A program made the position numbers and the translations under genes. Of a stretch of 64,000 nucleotides of DNA, positions 51,637 to 61,114 are shown in pieces. The notes under the pieces were generated by a model, which was not told the DNA's origin, searched no databases, and saw only the letters and a program-made list of their open reading frames with translations. The stretch is from Candidatus Poribacteria bacterium (lineage in GTDB: Bacteria > Poribacteria > WGA-4E > WGA-3G), in NCBI GenBank assembly GCA_964291315.2, contig OZ219752.1, forward strand, positions 192,001 through 256,000, given 5' to 3'. The number at the start of each line of letters is the position of its first letter. Position 1 is the first letter of the stretch.

Positions 51637-52002
51637 ATGCAAGTCAACATTCGACACAAAGGCAGTATTACAATTCTTGATATTGAAGGGAAAATTATTG
51701 GAACAGATGCCTTAGCTCTTAAATCTATCATTGATGAACGGATTCAAATTGCTGATAGCCAAAGCGATCAGTCCGGATGTCTCAATTTGATTTTGAACAT
51801 GGAACGCGTCCAGATGATGGATAGTTCGGGCTTAGGATCCCTCATTGCTGCCTATACCGCTATCCGACGAAATGGTGGGCGGATTGTTCTCCTTAATCTC
51901 GGTGGGAACATCAAGAGTCTGATTGTTATGGCAAAACTGATGACTATTTTCGACTGTTATGATTCGGAAGCAGAAGCAATAGTAGGAATTGTGCGGTCTT
52001 AA
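51637..52002 (+). CDS. STAS anti-sigma-factor antagonist (RsbV-like)
   Basis: MMDSSGLG. Confidence 0.92.
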   Translation: MQVNIRHKGSITILDIEGKIIGTDALALKSIIDERIQIADSQSDQSGCLNLILNMERVQMMDSSGLGSLIAAYTAIRRNGGRIVLLNLGGNIKSLIVMAKLMTIFDCYDSEAEAIVGIVRS

Positions 52003-52042
52003 ATGTGCATTCCTAAAAATAAATCTCGGAGTAAGATAAAAG

Positions 52043-52765
52043 ATGAAAGCACGTATTGCTACCGATACAGAACAGAACAGCAACTTATGGTATAAATGTA
52101 CCAGCTGCCGGGAGTTTGCTTTCACAGGTCAACTTGAACGGAATCTTTATACTTGCACGTATTGTGGGGCTCTATTCCCGTTACTTGCTGAAAAACGGAT
52201 CCAGTATTTGCTAGATGATGCGCCGACAAGAGAAATTATATCTGTTGATGCCGCAGGGGTTGCTGTTGAGGGGACAATTTCAGGCTATCCCGCTTCTCTT
52301 TTCGTTGTGGATAGCGACGTGATTTCCGTAGACATCGACATAGCCCGCCTGCTTACTGCTATGGAGAGAGGATTACAGCAGCGGATGCCCTTAATTAATG
52401 TTGTAGCATGTCAACCGGAGAATCCAGAGTTTAATCCTCTTGAGCTCACCTACTTGACAATGCAAATGGAACGATTCACAGACGCATCGCTCCCTTATAT
52501 TACTGTTTTAACTGAAACGGAGGTATATCCACTTGCAACATATCTTCCTATCGGAGAATTGGTTATCGCCGAGGGAAGCGGACCCAGTCAGAAACGGACA
52601 GTCCCAAATATGCAACCTGCATTGCATGCCCCCGAAGAACAGCTTTTGGCGCAACCCCCAGTGTCAGATATAGATATAGAAACTGATATAAGCGTTGATT
52701 GTTATGTTCCGCGCGCTGAGTTACCTGAAACATTAGGACGATTCCTAAAATTCTTTTATCCATGA
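52043..52765 (+). CDS. Degenerate AccD-like (carboxyltransferase beta) protein
   Basis: LWYKCTSC...CTYCG zinc ribbon, LPYITVLT and VD..VPR.EL; catalytic glycine motifs absent. Confidence 0.6.
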   Translation: MKARIATDTEQNSNLWYKCTSCREFAFTGQLERNLYTCTYCGALFPLLAEKRIQYLLDDAPTREIISVDAAGVAVEGTISGYPASLFVVDSDVISVDIDIARLLTAMERGLQQRMPLINVVACQPENPEFNPLELTYLTMQMERFTDASLPYITVLTETEVYPLATYLPIGELVIAEGSGPSQKRTVPNMQPALHAPEEQLLAQPPVSDIDIETDISVDCYVPRAELPETLGRFLKFFYP

Positions 52766-52893
52766 TTGTGTGCCGGTTACCGGCCTTCAATGGGCCGTTA
52801 TCAGCAAGCGACCCCTGTGTCGTAGGCATAGAAGGGATCGGCTAAAAGCACGACTGACAAATAACGACCGATGGTTATTCTAGTGGAGATGCC

Positions 52894-54183
52894 ATGAGAC
52901 AAGGTACTTTTATTGATAGTTCAAGCACCTCAGACAGCCTCGAAAATAGACAGGTGCGTCTTGCTACTGTTAGACAAAGATTTCAGGCTATCTTTGGTGA
53001 TTCGCCAACTTTCATTGTATCTGCCCCAGGTCGGGTGAACTTAATCGGTGAACATACGGATTATAACGATGGTTATGTATTTCCTGTAGCGATTGATAAG
53101 TATATCCACATCGCTGTACGTAAGCGATCAGATCGGCGTCTCCTTCTGCATGCGTTAGATGTCAAGGGGTCCGTTGACTTGAACCTTGATGCTCTTCGAC
53201 CTATTCCCGCAAACGCACCGACTTGGAGTTATTATTTGATAGGAGTTGCGTCCCTCCTTCAAGAATCGGTTGATACAATACCCGGGATAGACGCTGTTAT
53301 CATGGGAGATGTGCCAATTGGTGCCGGCTTGAGTTCTTCAGCTGCCCTTTCGGTTGCGGCGGCCCTCGCTTTTTTCCGTAGCTCTAAGTTTGCCACATCT
53401 ATAGAAACTGAGGCAGAGAAAAAACAACTTGCAGCTTTGTGTCAACGAGTAGAACACGAATTTATAGGAGTCAATTGTGGTATCATGGATCAGACAATCT
53501 CGTTCTTGGGGCAGGCTGGTCATGGGTTATTTCTTGACTGCCGCTCGCTTGAATATGAACATGTTCCCCTCAATTTAGGGGCACACTGCATCGTGATTTG
53601 TAACACGAAAGTAGAACGAGAGCTTGCTAACTCTGAATACAACAGACGCCGCACGGAATGTGAGAGAGGCGTTAGCATATTGAAGCAGTGGCTACCCGGT
53701 ATATCTTCTCTTCGCGATGTTACACTGCCAGATTTCAAGAAACATGAAGAAAATCTCCCCGCGCTCACACAAAAAAGATGTGACTATGTCGTTAAAGAGA
53801 ACGCGCGTGTGCTGAAGGCAGTTTCTACCTTCAAAACGGAGAAATGCCAAAGATCCGGGAAGAGAGATGATCCACTGATAGAATTTGGCAAGTTAATGAA
53901 TGCCTCGCACGCCGGGCTACGCGATGATTACGAGGTTAGCTGCAGCGAATTGGATCTACTTATCGACATTGCATGCAGCATCGATGGTGTGATTGGAACT
54001 CGAATGACGGGGGCAGGTTTTGGGGGCTGTACAGTCAGCATTGTTCATAGGGATGCTTTAGTAACATTCCGTAACCGGGTAATGACCGAATACCACAAAC
54101 AGACCGGCATTGAGCCTGAAATTTATTTCTGTAATGTTAGCAATGGTGCGCAAGTTTTTCCGAACTCAGAACTATTTTCATGA
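52894..54183 (+). CDS. galK: Galactokinase
   Basis: APGRVNLIGEHTDYN, GAGLSSSAA, GIMDQ and GAGFGGC. Confidence 0.96.
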   Translation: MRQGTFIDSSSTSDSLENRQVRLATVRQRFQAIFGDSPTFIVSAPGRVNLIGEHTDYNDGYVFPVAIDKYIHIAVRKRSDRRLLLHALDVKGSVDLNLDALRPIPANAPTWSYYLIGVASLLQESVDTIPGIDAVIMGDVPIGAGLSSSAALSVAAALAFFRSSKFATSIETEAEKKQLAALCQRVEHEFIGVNCGIMDQTISFLGQAGHGLFLDCRSLEYEHVPLNLGAHCIVICNTKVERELANSEYNRRRTECERGVSILKQWLPGISSLRDVTLPDFKKHEENLPALTQKRCDYVVKENARVLKAVSTFKTEKCQRSGKRDDPLIEFGKLMNASHAGLRDDYEVSCSELDLLIDIACSIDGVIGTRMTGAGFGGCTVSIVHRDALVTFRNRVMTEYHKQTGIEPEIYFCNVSNGAQVFPNSELFS

Positions 54184-54195
54184 ATTGTAGAGAAA

Positions 54196-55266
54196 ATGGA
54201 ATATAGCATTGGCGTTGATTTAGGGGGAACCGACATCAAGGCTGGATTGGTCTCATCGGCAGGTGATATTTCTTGTGGTGTCGTCCTTCCAACGGATGTG
54301 AAAACAGGTGGTCCCAAAGTAGTAGCAGCTCGAATTGCAGAAGCTGTTCGCCAAGTTCTTGTGCAGGTTGATACTGCAGGCCCCCGTGGCAATCAACCCA
54401 TAACGGGCAACACACGCGATATCTCGGTCGGATTGGGGGTGCCAGGGCTTATCATCGCTGAAACAGGAGTCATCCACTTTTCACCTAACTTTCCGGGGTG
54501 GAGCGATATTCCAATCGTCGATTATGTCAATGAGGAGCTGTCAAAGTTAGACGTTCCAAAGAGCATTATAGAGCATAATCTGCAAGCAGATAGAAATAAA
54601 AAATATAACCCGGTCTTAAAAGGCATGGACAACGATGTGAATGCTATGACGTTTGGAGAACTTCTTCATGGGGCTGGGGTGGGGTATAAAAGTATTGTTG
54701 CGTTGGCACTTGGAACAGGTGTCGGTGGTGGTGTTGTGATTGATGGGCAGGTTTACCATGGGAGTCAGAATACTGCTGGAGAATTGGGGCATACGGTTGT
54801 TGAACCGTATGGACGTTACTGCGGTTGTGGCAATCAGGGCTGCCTTGAGGCTTACGCCGGCGCGAAAAATATTGTCGAGCGAACCCAAGAGCAGATAAAA
54901 GCCGGACGTAGCACGATTTTGGCACTTCCAACGAAAGATATTCCCACACTTACTCCGCGGAGGATAGCAGACGCAGCGCAGGCAGGTGATCGGTTGGCGA
55001 TCGAAATTTTTGCCGAAACCGGACGCTACATAGGGATCGCCTTGACCTCAATAGCACATATTCTTAACCCACAAATTGCAGTCATTGGGGGAGGGATTGC
55101 CAACGCTGGGGAAAAATTACTTCTTGAACCTATCCGATCTGAACTTTCTAAACGTGCTATGGATATCCCTGCACGAATGAAAATTGTAAAAGCGCGTCTC
55201 GGAAATCATGCTGGTATCGTCGGGGCCGCAATGCTTGCTCTCAAAAGCGAGAAGCTAGCGTTGTAG
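54196..55266 (+). CDS. ROK-family sugar kinase (glucokinase-like)
   Basis: DLGGT, NDVN, GTGVGGG, GELGH and CGCGNQGCLE. Confidence 0.93.
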   Translation: MEYSIGVDLGGTDIKAGLVSSAGDISCGVVLPTDVKTGGPKVVAARIAEAVRQVLVQVDTAGPRGNQPITGNTRDISVGLGVPGLIIAETGVIHFSPNFPGWSDIPIVDYVNEELSKLDVPKSIIEHNLQADRNKKYNPVLKGMDNDVNAMTFGELLHGAGVGYKSIVALALGTGVGGGVVIDGQVYHGSQNTAGELGHTVVEPYGRYCGCGNQGCLEAYAGAKNIVERTQEQIKAGRSTILALPTKDIPTLTPRRIADAAQAGDRLAIEIFAETGRYIGIALTSIAHILNPQIAVIGGGIANAGEKLLLEPIRSELSKRAMDIPARMKIVKARLGNHAGIVGAAMLALKSEKLAL

Positions 55267-55380
55267 GTCGGAATCCGTAGGTTTTCTACAAACGCCCGCG
55301 TTTTTGAAACCGAGGCTCCCGTAGCAACCGATATACGTGGCAAAACAGGTAAATCTTCTAAGCGGGCCCTGGAGAAAAAA

Positions 55381-56100
55381 ATGAACAATAAGACAAATTG
55401 GTTGAAAACTGTGCCATTTTTGCAAAGCCGACAGTCTGAGAATCCTAGAGAGATAAGAGATGCAGATCTTTCTCGAAGGTCGGTCTTGCAAATCTTAGGC
55501 GGCATTTGTCTCTCATTCACACCGTTGAGCTGCTCAAAGGTCCCGGATTTCATCAAAGACACTTTTCAACCTGAGATGATTGTCCCGGTGTTTGACCCAG
55601 ATGCTGTTATTATGCCACAGACAGGTACTGTCGTTTATGTAAAGAATGGTGTGACAGCAATGGCACTTCCTCTCAACAACGTGAAGGCGGTTGATGCGTT
55701 TGCTATCTTTATCTATAACGGCACAGACTATTGGATTTCCTTCAAGAAAAAGGATTGCCAGATGCTTGATGGTACGGGAAACGTGACCAAACCAATAGAC
55801 AAGTCTCAAGAATCCTTTTACCTGAAAAAGAATTTCACACCTGAACTCCCCCCTGAATTTGCAGCTGAAATATTCCGATGGGATAAGACTATCAGGATAC
55901 AGGGCGATCCTGCAATACTGCCCAGAGAAGATATTGAGAAAACAACGGTGATGCCACGGCAGCATACAAGATTTTTCCTCTACTTCCGCAAACGCAGCAT
56001 CAACTATAGCAGCCTGCGAATTATCGTTCCAAGAGTCACGAGCGATTTCAATGAACAGCAAACCACGTTCGTTTTCAGATTTAAGGTGCAACGGGGTTAA
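55381..56100 (+). CDS. Putative Tat-exported lipoprotein
   Basis: LSRRSVLQ twin-arginine motif followed by PLSC lipobox. Confidence 0.7.
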   Translation: MNNKTNWLKTVPFLQSRQSENPREIRDADLSRRSVLQILGGICLSFTPLSCSKVPDFIKDTFQPEMIVPVFDPDAVIMPQTGTVVYVKNGVTAMALPLNNVKAVDAFAIFIYNGTDYWISFKKKDCQMLDGTGNVTKPIDKSQESFYLKKNFTPELPPEFAAEIFRWDKTIRIQGDPAILPREDIEKTTVMPRQHTRFFLYFRKRSINYSSLRIIVPRVTSDFNEQQTTFVFRFKVQRG

Positions 56101-57151
56101 GCTGACGCGTATTAAACAGAAACCTCAAGTATCACTGCTGGTGCTCCTGCCATGTGCTAAAAATCTGAGTTACCTCCTTCTCGCCTTCTGTTTGAGTTGT
56201 ACCTTGCCTAAAACTGAAAAAAAAGAATCTCCGCCGCTACCTCGGTCGGCATTGATTGAAATCCTCCCCGCGAATCGTGAGCGGAAGGCAGCGCCTATAG
56301 TGGGTATCAGTTACGTTGAAACAATCGGTAGTGTTGGACAGGCGGTTGGTCAATTTCGGGCGCCATTGGGGCTCACTATGGATGAACAGCAGCGTCTCTA
56401 TGTCGCTGATGCAGGAAACAATCGCATCCAAGTGATTGGCCCCACTGGCGGTTTTATCACTGAATTTGGAGGCCGTGGATGGCAGACAGGCGAATTTGAT
56501 CACCCGACAGACGTGGCATTGGGCTTCCAAGGGAGCTACCGTCTCTATATCGCTGATACGGGCAACGATCGGGTCCAATTCTGCAATTTTGTTGATCAGA
56601 TTTTTTATCCGCTCCCTGAAATTGTAGACGACATTTTGCTTGATCGACCTGAAGGTATTGGTATCGGGCGAAATGGGCAGCTTTATGTTGTTGATACAGG
56701 GAACCATCGCTGGATCGAGTTCAATGCGACAGGGGTTCCCGTCGGCGCACATGGAAGCTTTGGGAGGGGCAGAGAGCAGCTCTGGAATCCAACCGACCTC
56801 GGTGTTGATTCACATGGAAACGTTTATGTTGTTGATGCTGGCAACCATCTCATCAAAAAATACGACTTCAGCGGCAACCCTATGAGTGCATGGGGCGGAG
56901 AAGGAGACGAGCTTGGACAGTTGCGGGATCCTAAGTGCATCGCTCTTGACGAATGGAATTATCTCTACGTGACAGATAGCGGGAATCGACGTGTCCAAGT
57001 CTTTTCACCCGATGGAAAGAGCATGATAGAATTTAGCACTTCTGGACTCATACTGCCAGCCGGTATTGCAGTATCGAAGACCGGGCGCGTTTTTGTGAGC
57101 GATGCTGAAGCAAATGATATAAAGGTATTCCAAGTTTTTCGTAAAAAGTAG
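56051..57151 (+). CDS. NHL-repeat beta-propeller (lipo)protein
   Basis: Six F..P.G.A.D...YVAD.GN.RIQ repeats; start uncertain. Confidence 0.9.
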   Translation: MNSKPRSFSDLRCNGVKLTRIKQKPQVSLLVLLPCAKNLSYLLLAFCLSCTLPKTEKKESPPLPRSALIEILPANRERKAAPIVGISYVETIGSVGQAVGQFRAPLGLTMDEQQRLYVADAGNNRIQVIGPTGGFITEFGGRGWQTGEFDHPTDVALGFQGSYRLYIADTGNDRVQFCNFVDQIFYPLPEIVDDILLDRPEGIGIGRNGQLYVVDTGNHRWIEFNATGVPVGAHGSFGRGREQLWNPTDLGVDSHGNVYVVDAGNHLIKKYDFSGNPMSAWGGEGDELGQLRDPKCIALDEWNYLYVTDSGNRRVQVFSPDGKSMIEFSTSGLILPAGIAVSKTGRVFVSDAEANDIKVFQVFRKK

Positions 57152-57239
57152 AAACCCAGAGCGACTAACATACTGAGTACAAGGCCGTTACTCTTCCCTT
57201 ACTTTCAATTCTTAAAAAACTTTTGATAATGCAGAAGCG

Positions 57240-60200
57240 GTGAAATTGACCGAAAACCGGGCCCGCTCATTACGGAGAGGCGTGAAACGAAGTGGAACGG
57301 TGATCAGATTCAATAGACTAAAAATCATTTTTCTTACCTTCTGCTTGTGCGTCCTGCCACGTTCAGGAAATACAGCGCAAGGATCCCCGGAGAATAAAAC
57401 AGGTGTTCTCGAACTACCTACCTTTTCTGTCCTTCAAAAATCTGAATCCTTTGAAGTAAAAACGGGCACGCTTGAGTTTACGGTGAAGTATCCGCCAATT
57501 CTCCCGAACAGTGAACAGATAACAGCGAAAAGCGGGAAAGTTCTCGTGCGAGGTGTAGATTACCAAATCGATGCCTATTTGGGCAAAATCACTTTAAGTG
57601 AGCCGGATACTACTCTTGAAGCAGATCTACCCTATAGACTGACGATAAATTACTGGACGTTGCCCTTTGCGATAAAACAGGTTTACAAACGCGATCTTTA
57701 CGGTATAGGGGTCGGCTTGCAGCAAGAGGGCAATCAGCAGACAGGAATTAACGATCAACAACAAGGTTTTCTTGCGGATAATCGGCAGCCGGTAGCAGGC
57801 AACCAGTTAGAAGTTTCTGGCAGTCAGACGTTTGGAATTTCACTTGGTAGTGGCCGCGGTGTGACACCGAATCAGGAGCTGCGGATCAACGTAGAAGGAA
57901 AAGCCTCTGAGAATATTAGTGTATTGGCAATGCTATCCGACCAAGATTTACCTATCCAGCCTGAAGGCACAACAGAAAATATACAAGACATCGATCAGAA
58001 ACTAATTCGTATCAGACATCCAAATATGAGAGGGACATTGGGAGATTTTGAAGGATCGCTCGGGCCGTCAGAATTTATCTTTTTCCCTCGTGCCTTAGAA
58101 GGTGTGCAAGTTGGAGGTAATTTTAATTGGATAGACTTCCATCTTATTCCGAGCGCAATTCCGAAAGGACAGTCTACTAGCTTAGTTCTCCGGGGCGAAG
58201 AAGGACGTAGCGAATATCGACTGACAGTTGATGGGCAATATGTCATTGTGAAAGCCGGCAGCGAAATCGTCTGGCTGAACGGTGAAAGAATGAGACGTGG
58301 CAAAAATAACGATTATGTTATCCGTGAATATGGAGACCCTATTGTCGAATTCAATAGCAAGCACCTGATAACAAGCAACGACGTGATTCGCATTGACTTT
58401 GAATACATTCCCGAGGAGCATGCTTATCAACAAAATCTTTACGGTCTCAGTAGCATCTTCACGTTACCTGGCGATTGGTTTTCTTTCGGGGCCTCCTATG
58501 CGGTTGAGACAGACCTGAGTCAGCCGGAGCAGGCTTTAATCACTTTCGCAGAGGAGGATTTAAAAGCGCTCCGCCAAAATATACTCGATCCCGATGGAGA
58601 CGGAGCAGCCCTCATAGCCCCTCAAAAACATAGTGTATGGGGACTCGAAAGCCGCCTGAATATCACTGAAGAAGCTCATATTCAAGGGGAACTCGCTTAT
58701 AGTGCTGTTGATAAAAACACCTATTCTACGGCTGATCGCAAAGAGGTGAGTCGGGCATGGAAACTCATCGGTTATGCAGACTGGGACTTTGCGGCCTGGA
58801 CAGACAAATTTCGTCCTAAGTTAATAGCGAACCTCGATGTTCGCTCAATGGACGCTGACTTTGTACCTGTTGGTGCTTCAAGCACCAATCGCACCCGTTC
58901 CCGGTATGAGACACAATACGCTAAAGAGGGGTTTGATGATGCGTTTCTGCTGGATATCGCCGGTTCCTCGCGAGCTCCGAGAGATGAGCAGACGATGAAC
59001 TTCGACATCCGAGTACTTCCAATCAACTGGCTCGAAGTTGATGCCGGTGTCGGTAGGAGCCAAGCGAAAGATTCTCGGCTTAATAGTCAATCAGCAACAA
59101 CGCGTGATAATTACAATTGGGGTATAAATTTTAATCGCAGTCGACAGCCGGCGGTCAGTCGCTTGTCAGCCTCGGTGCCCGGAGAAAACGTTTTTGAACG
59201 TCGCAGCGGGGTCCCGGCAAAGGACACTCGACGACCAACAACTTTAAGAAAGTGGATCCCGAACCTGCGCTGGGACGACTATAGAAGTAGCTCGCGTGTG
59301 GAGAGTATCAATTCGACCTCAAGACAATTACAGCAAAAGTCTCGGCAAGAAGGCAATCTCTCTTATCCTATTGGTCCCTTCAGGATTATGGGTACACTCG
59401 GCAAAGTGGAATCAAACGAGGCGCTCAACGCGGCACTTAACCGGAAGCGGAACCGCACAATCGGGCGCGTCACTCTCGCGAAAGATTGGGCATCCTTCGA
59501 TACCCGTTATGAGCTTGAAGAGGCTTTTAAAAAAGAACCGTTGCTTACTCTCGATACTGAACCTATCGGTTTGTCCGATTGGCAACTAAGCACTACCGCT
59601 CGAACGTGGAAAGTTGGGGCTTTCTCACAACAAGAGTCTTTCCTCAAAGGTGTTGTCAATCTAACAGCGAACGTCACACGTCGCGTGTTGAAGAGCCACA
59701 ACGCTCTCGGGGCCAAGACGACAACCCAACTCGCTGATATTAGTCTTCAGTTGACCCCCTTAAGCCGCGCAATTGACATGGAAATCACCTACGAATTGGA
59801 CAAAAAACTGACTAGCCAACGCCGTGAAGTCTACACTAACATTCATCCTCACACTGGTTTCCCAATCCGACCGGGTGAAGGATATTACGTAAAATTGGAC
59901 GACCTGCACTACATAGAAGATCCAGAAGAAGGCACCTATATCAAAATCTACCAAAACGTCGGTGATAAACCGACGACAGCAGTAGATGCAGAGTTTCGGT
60001 TGCGTTTTCAACCTCGTCAATTTTTTGCACGCCGTGCCCGTGAACGTCAAAAACAGCAGCATGCTACGATGCAGAGTCGTGATAGCTTACGTCCAAAGCC
60101 TGTGCCCGACCTACCAAGCATCAACGACCAACAATCGAAAGTTTCTGATAGTCAACAATCATCCCGCCTAGAACGGTTTCTGAGTGCGCTAAGAGGCCAA

Positions 60201-61001
60201 ACTCGATTCTGGGTGACCGAGGAACAGGAGGTAGAGGATGCGGTGTCGCTGTATCTGCTTCAAAACTTACAAGGTTCAGATACGCTTTTTGGACGGTTGA
60301 ATCAACACCACAGGCTTGAATTTTCACCCTCACCCGCTTTCAGCTGTGAATTCAACCTTCGTACTGGTGAAACACTCAATCGCCGGGTCAATAACCAAGA
60401 ACGTCAGAGGCACCATCAAACGTGGGATCTTACTGTGTCTGTTAATCCGACTCAACGAATGGCTGTCAATGTGAACTGGGAGCAAGGTTGGGAAACCGAG
60501 AAATATAGTCAATTCGATGTTGACAGACTTAATCAAGGGGCCGGTACTCTGGCAAGTGAAACGGCGTCTTTGCCAATATCTATCTCCGACCTACGCCAAT
60601 TTGAACGGATTACTGAATTGGGACTCCGATACGAGCTGAGCAAATCGGTACGATGGAGCGGCACTGCCGGATACAGATGGACAGCTGACGAAGAGCAGTT
60701 AGATGAGGAACCCGAAGCTAGAACGCGTACCCTTTTCTATGAGAACCGTGTTGTATATAGTCTTGTCGGTAAAGGCCGCATTGACATCAATTACAAACTC
60801 GGCTACGGTGAAAGTCGCGGCAGTATACCGTTTGCACAATATACTTTCTATGAAGGCATCAGTCATGAAGTTCGAAAAACTGCTGATTACAGGTTGCGGA
60901 GATTCACCGATCTCTTGTTTCGACTCAATTACCGCTTGCTTTCAACCAAACAGCGCAAGCCTGAGCACCGCTTAGAAATGAAGGTGAGTGCAGAACTTTA
61001 G
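57240..61001 (+). CDS. Large outer-membrane beta-barrel protein with SprA-like N-terminal motifs
   Basis: Signal peptide; RGVDYQIDAYLGKI and SDQDLPIQPEG; long amphipathic beta-strand region. Confidence 0.7.
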   Translation: MKLTENRARSLRRGVKRSGTVIRFNRLKIIFLTFCLCVLPRSGNTAQGSPENKTGVLELPTFSVLQKSESFEVKTGTLEFTVKYPPILPNSEQITAKSGKVLVRGVDYQIDAYLGKITLSEPDTTLEADLPYRLTINYWTLPFAIKQVYKRDLYGIGVGLQQEGNQQTGINDQQQGFLADNRQPVAGNQLEVSGSQTFGISLGSGRGVTPNQELRINVEGKASENISVLAMLSDQDLPIQPEGTTENIQDIDQKLIRIRHPNMRGTLGDFEGSLGPSEFIFFPRALEGVQVGGNFNWIDFHLIPSAIPKGQSTSLVLRGEEGRSEYRLTVDGQYVIVKAGSEIVWLNGERMRRGKNNDYVIREYGDPIVEFNSKHLITSNDVIRIDFEYIPEEHAYQQNLYGLSSIFTLPGDWFSFGASYAVETDLSQPEQALITFAEEDLKALRQNILDPDGDGAALIAPQKHSVWGLESRLNITEEAHIQGELAYSAVDKNTYSTADRKEVSRAWKLIGYADWDFAAWTDKFRPKLIANLDVRSMDADFVPVGASSTNRTRSRYETQYAKEGFDDAFLLDIAGSSRAPRDEQTMNFDIRVLPINWLEVDAGVGRSQAKDSRLNSQSATTRDNYNWGINFNRSRQPAVSRLSASVPGENVFERRSGVPAKDTRRPTTLRKWIPNLRWDDYRSSSRVESINSTSRQLQQKSRQEGNLSYPIGPFRIMGTLGKVESNEALNAALNRKRNRTIGRVTLAKDWASFDTRYELEEAFKKEPLLTLDTEPIGLSDWQLSTTARTWKVGAFSQQESFLKGVVNLTANVTRRVLKSHNALGAKTTTQLADISLQLTPLSRAIDMEITYELDKKLTSQRREVYTNIHPHTGFPIRPGEGYYVKLDDLHYIEDPEEGTYIKIYQNVGDKPTTAVDAEFRLRFQPRQFFARRARERQKQQHATMQSRDSLRPKPVPDLPSINDQQSKVSDSQQSSRLERFLSALRGQTRFWVTEEQEVEDAVSLYLLQNLQGSDTLFGRLNQHHRLEFSPSPAFSCEFNLRTGETLNRRVNNQERQRHHQTWDLTVSVNPTQRMAVNVNWEQGWETEKYSQFDVDRLNQGAGTLASETASLPISISDLRQFERITELGLRYELSKSVRWSGTAGYRWTADEEQLDEEPEARTRTLFYENRVVYSLVGKGRIDINYKLGYGESRGSIPFAQYTFYEGISHEVRKTADYRLRRFTDLLFRLNYRLLSTKQRKPEHRLEMKVSAEL

Positions 61002-61054
61002 AAACGCCTCCGAAAAACAGTAGATTAGGGGCAGTTTTAAGGGGTTTTCTGCAA

Positions 61055-61083
61055 ATTAGGCATTCCATCCGTCCTGTTAGCGC
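61055..61083. terminator. Hairpin between convergent genes
   Basis: TGTTAGCGCG-ttttgtcgg-CGCGCTAACA. Confidence 0.6.
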
Positions 61084-61114
61084 GTTTTGTCGGCGCGCTA
61101 ACAAGATACATTAA

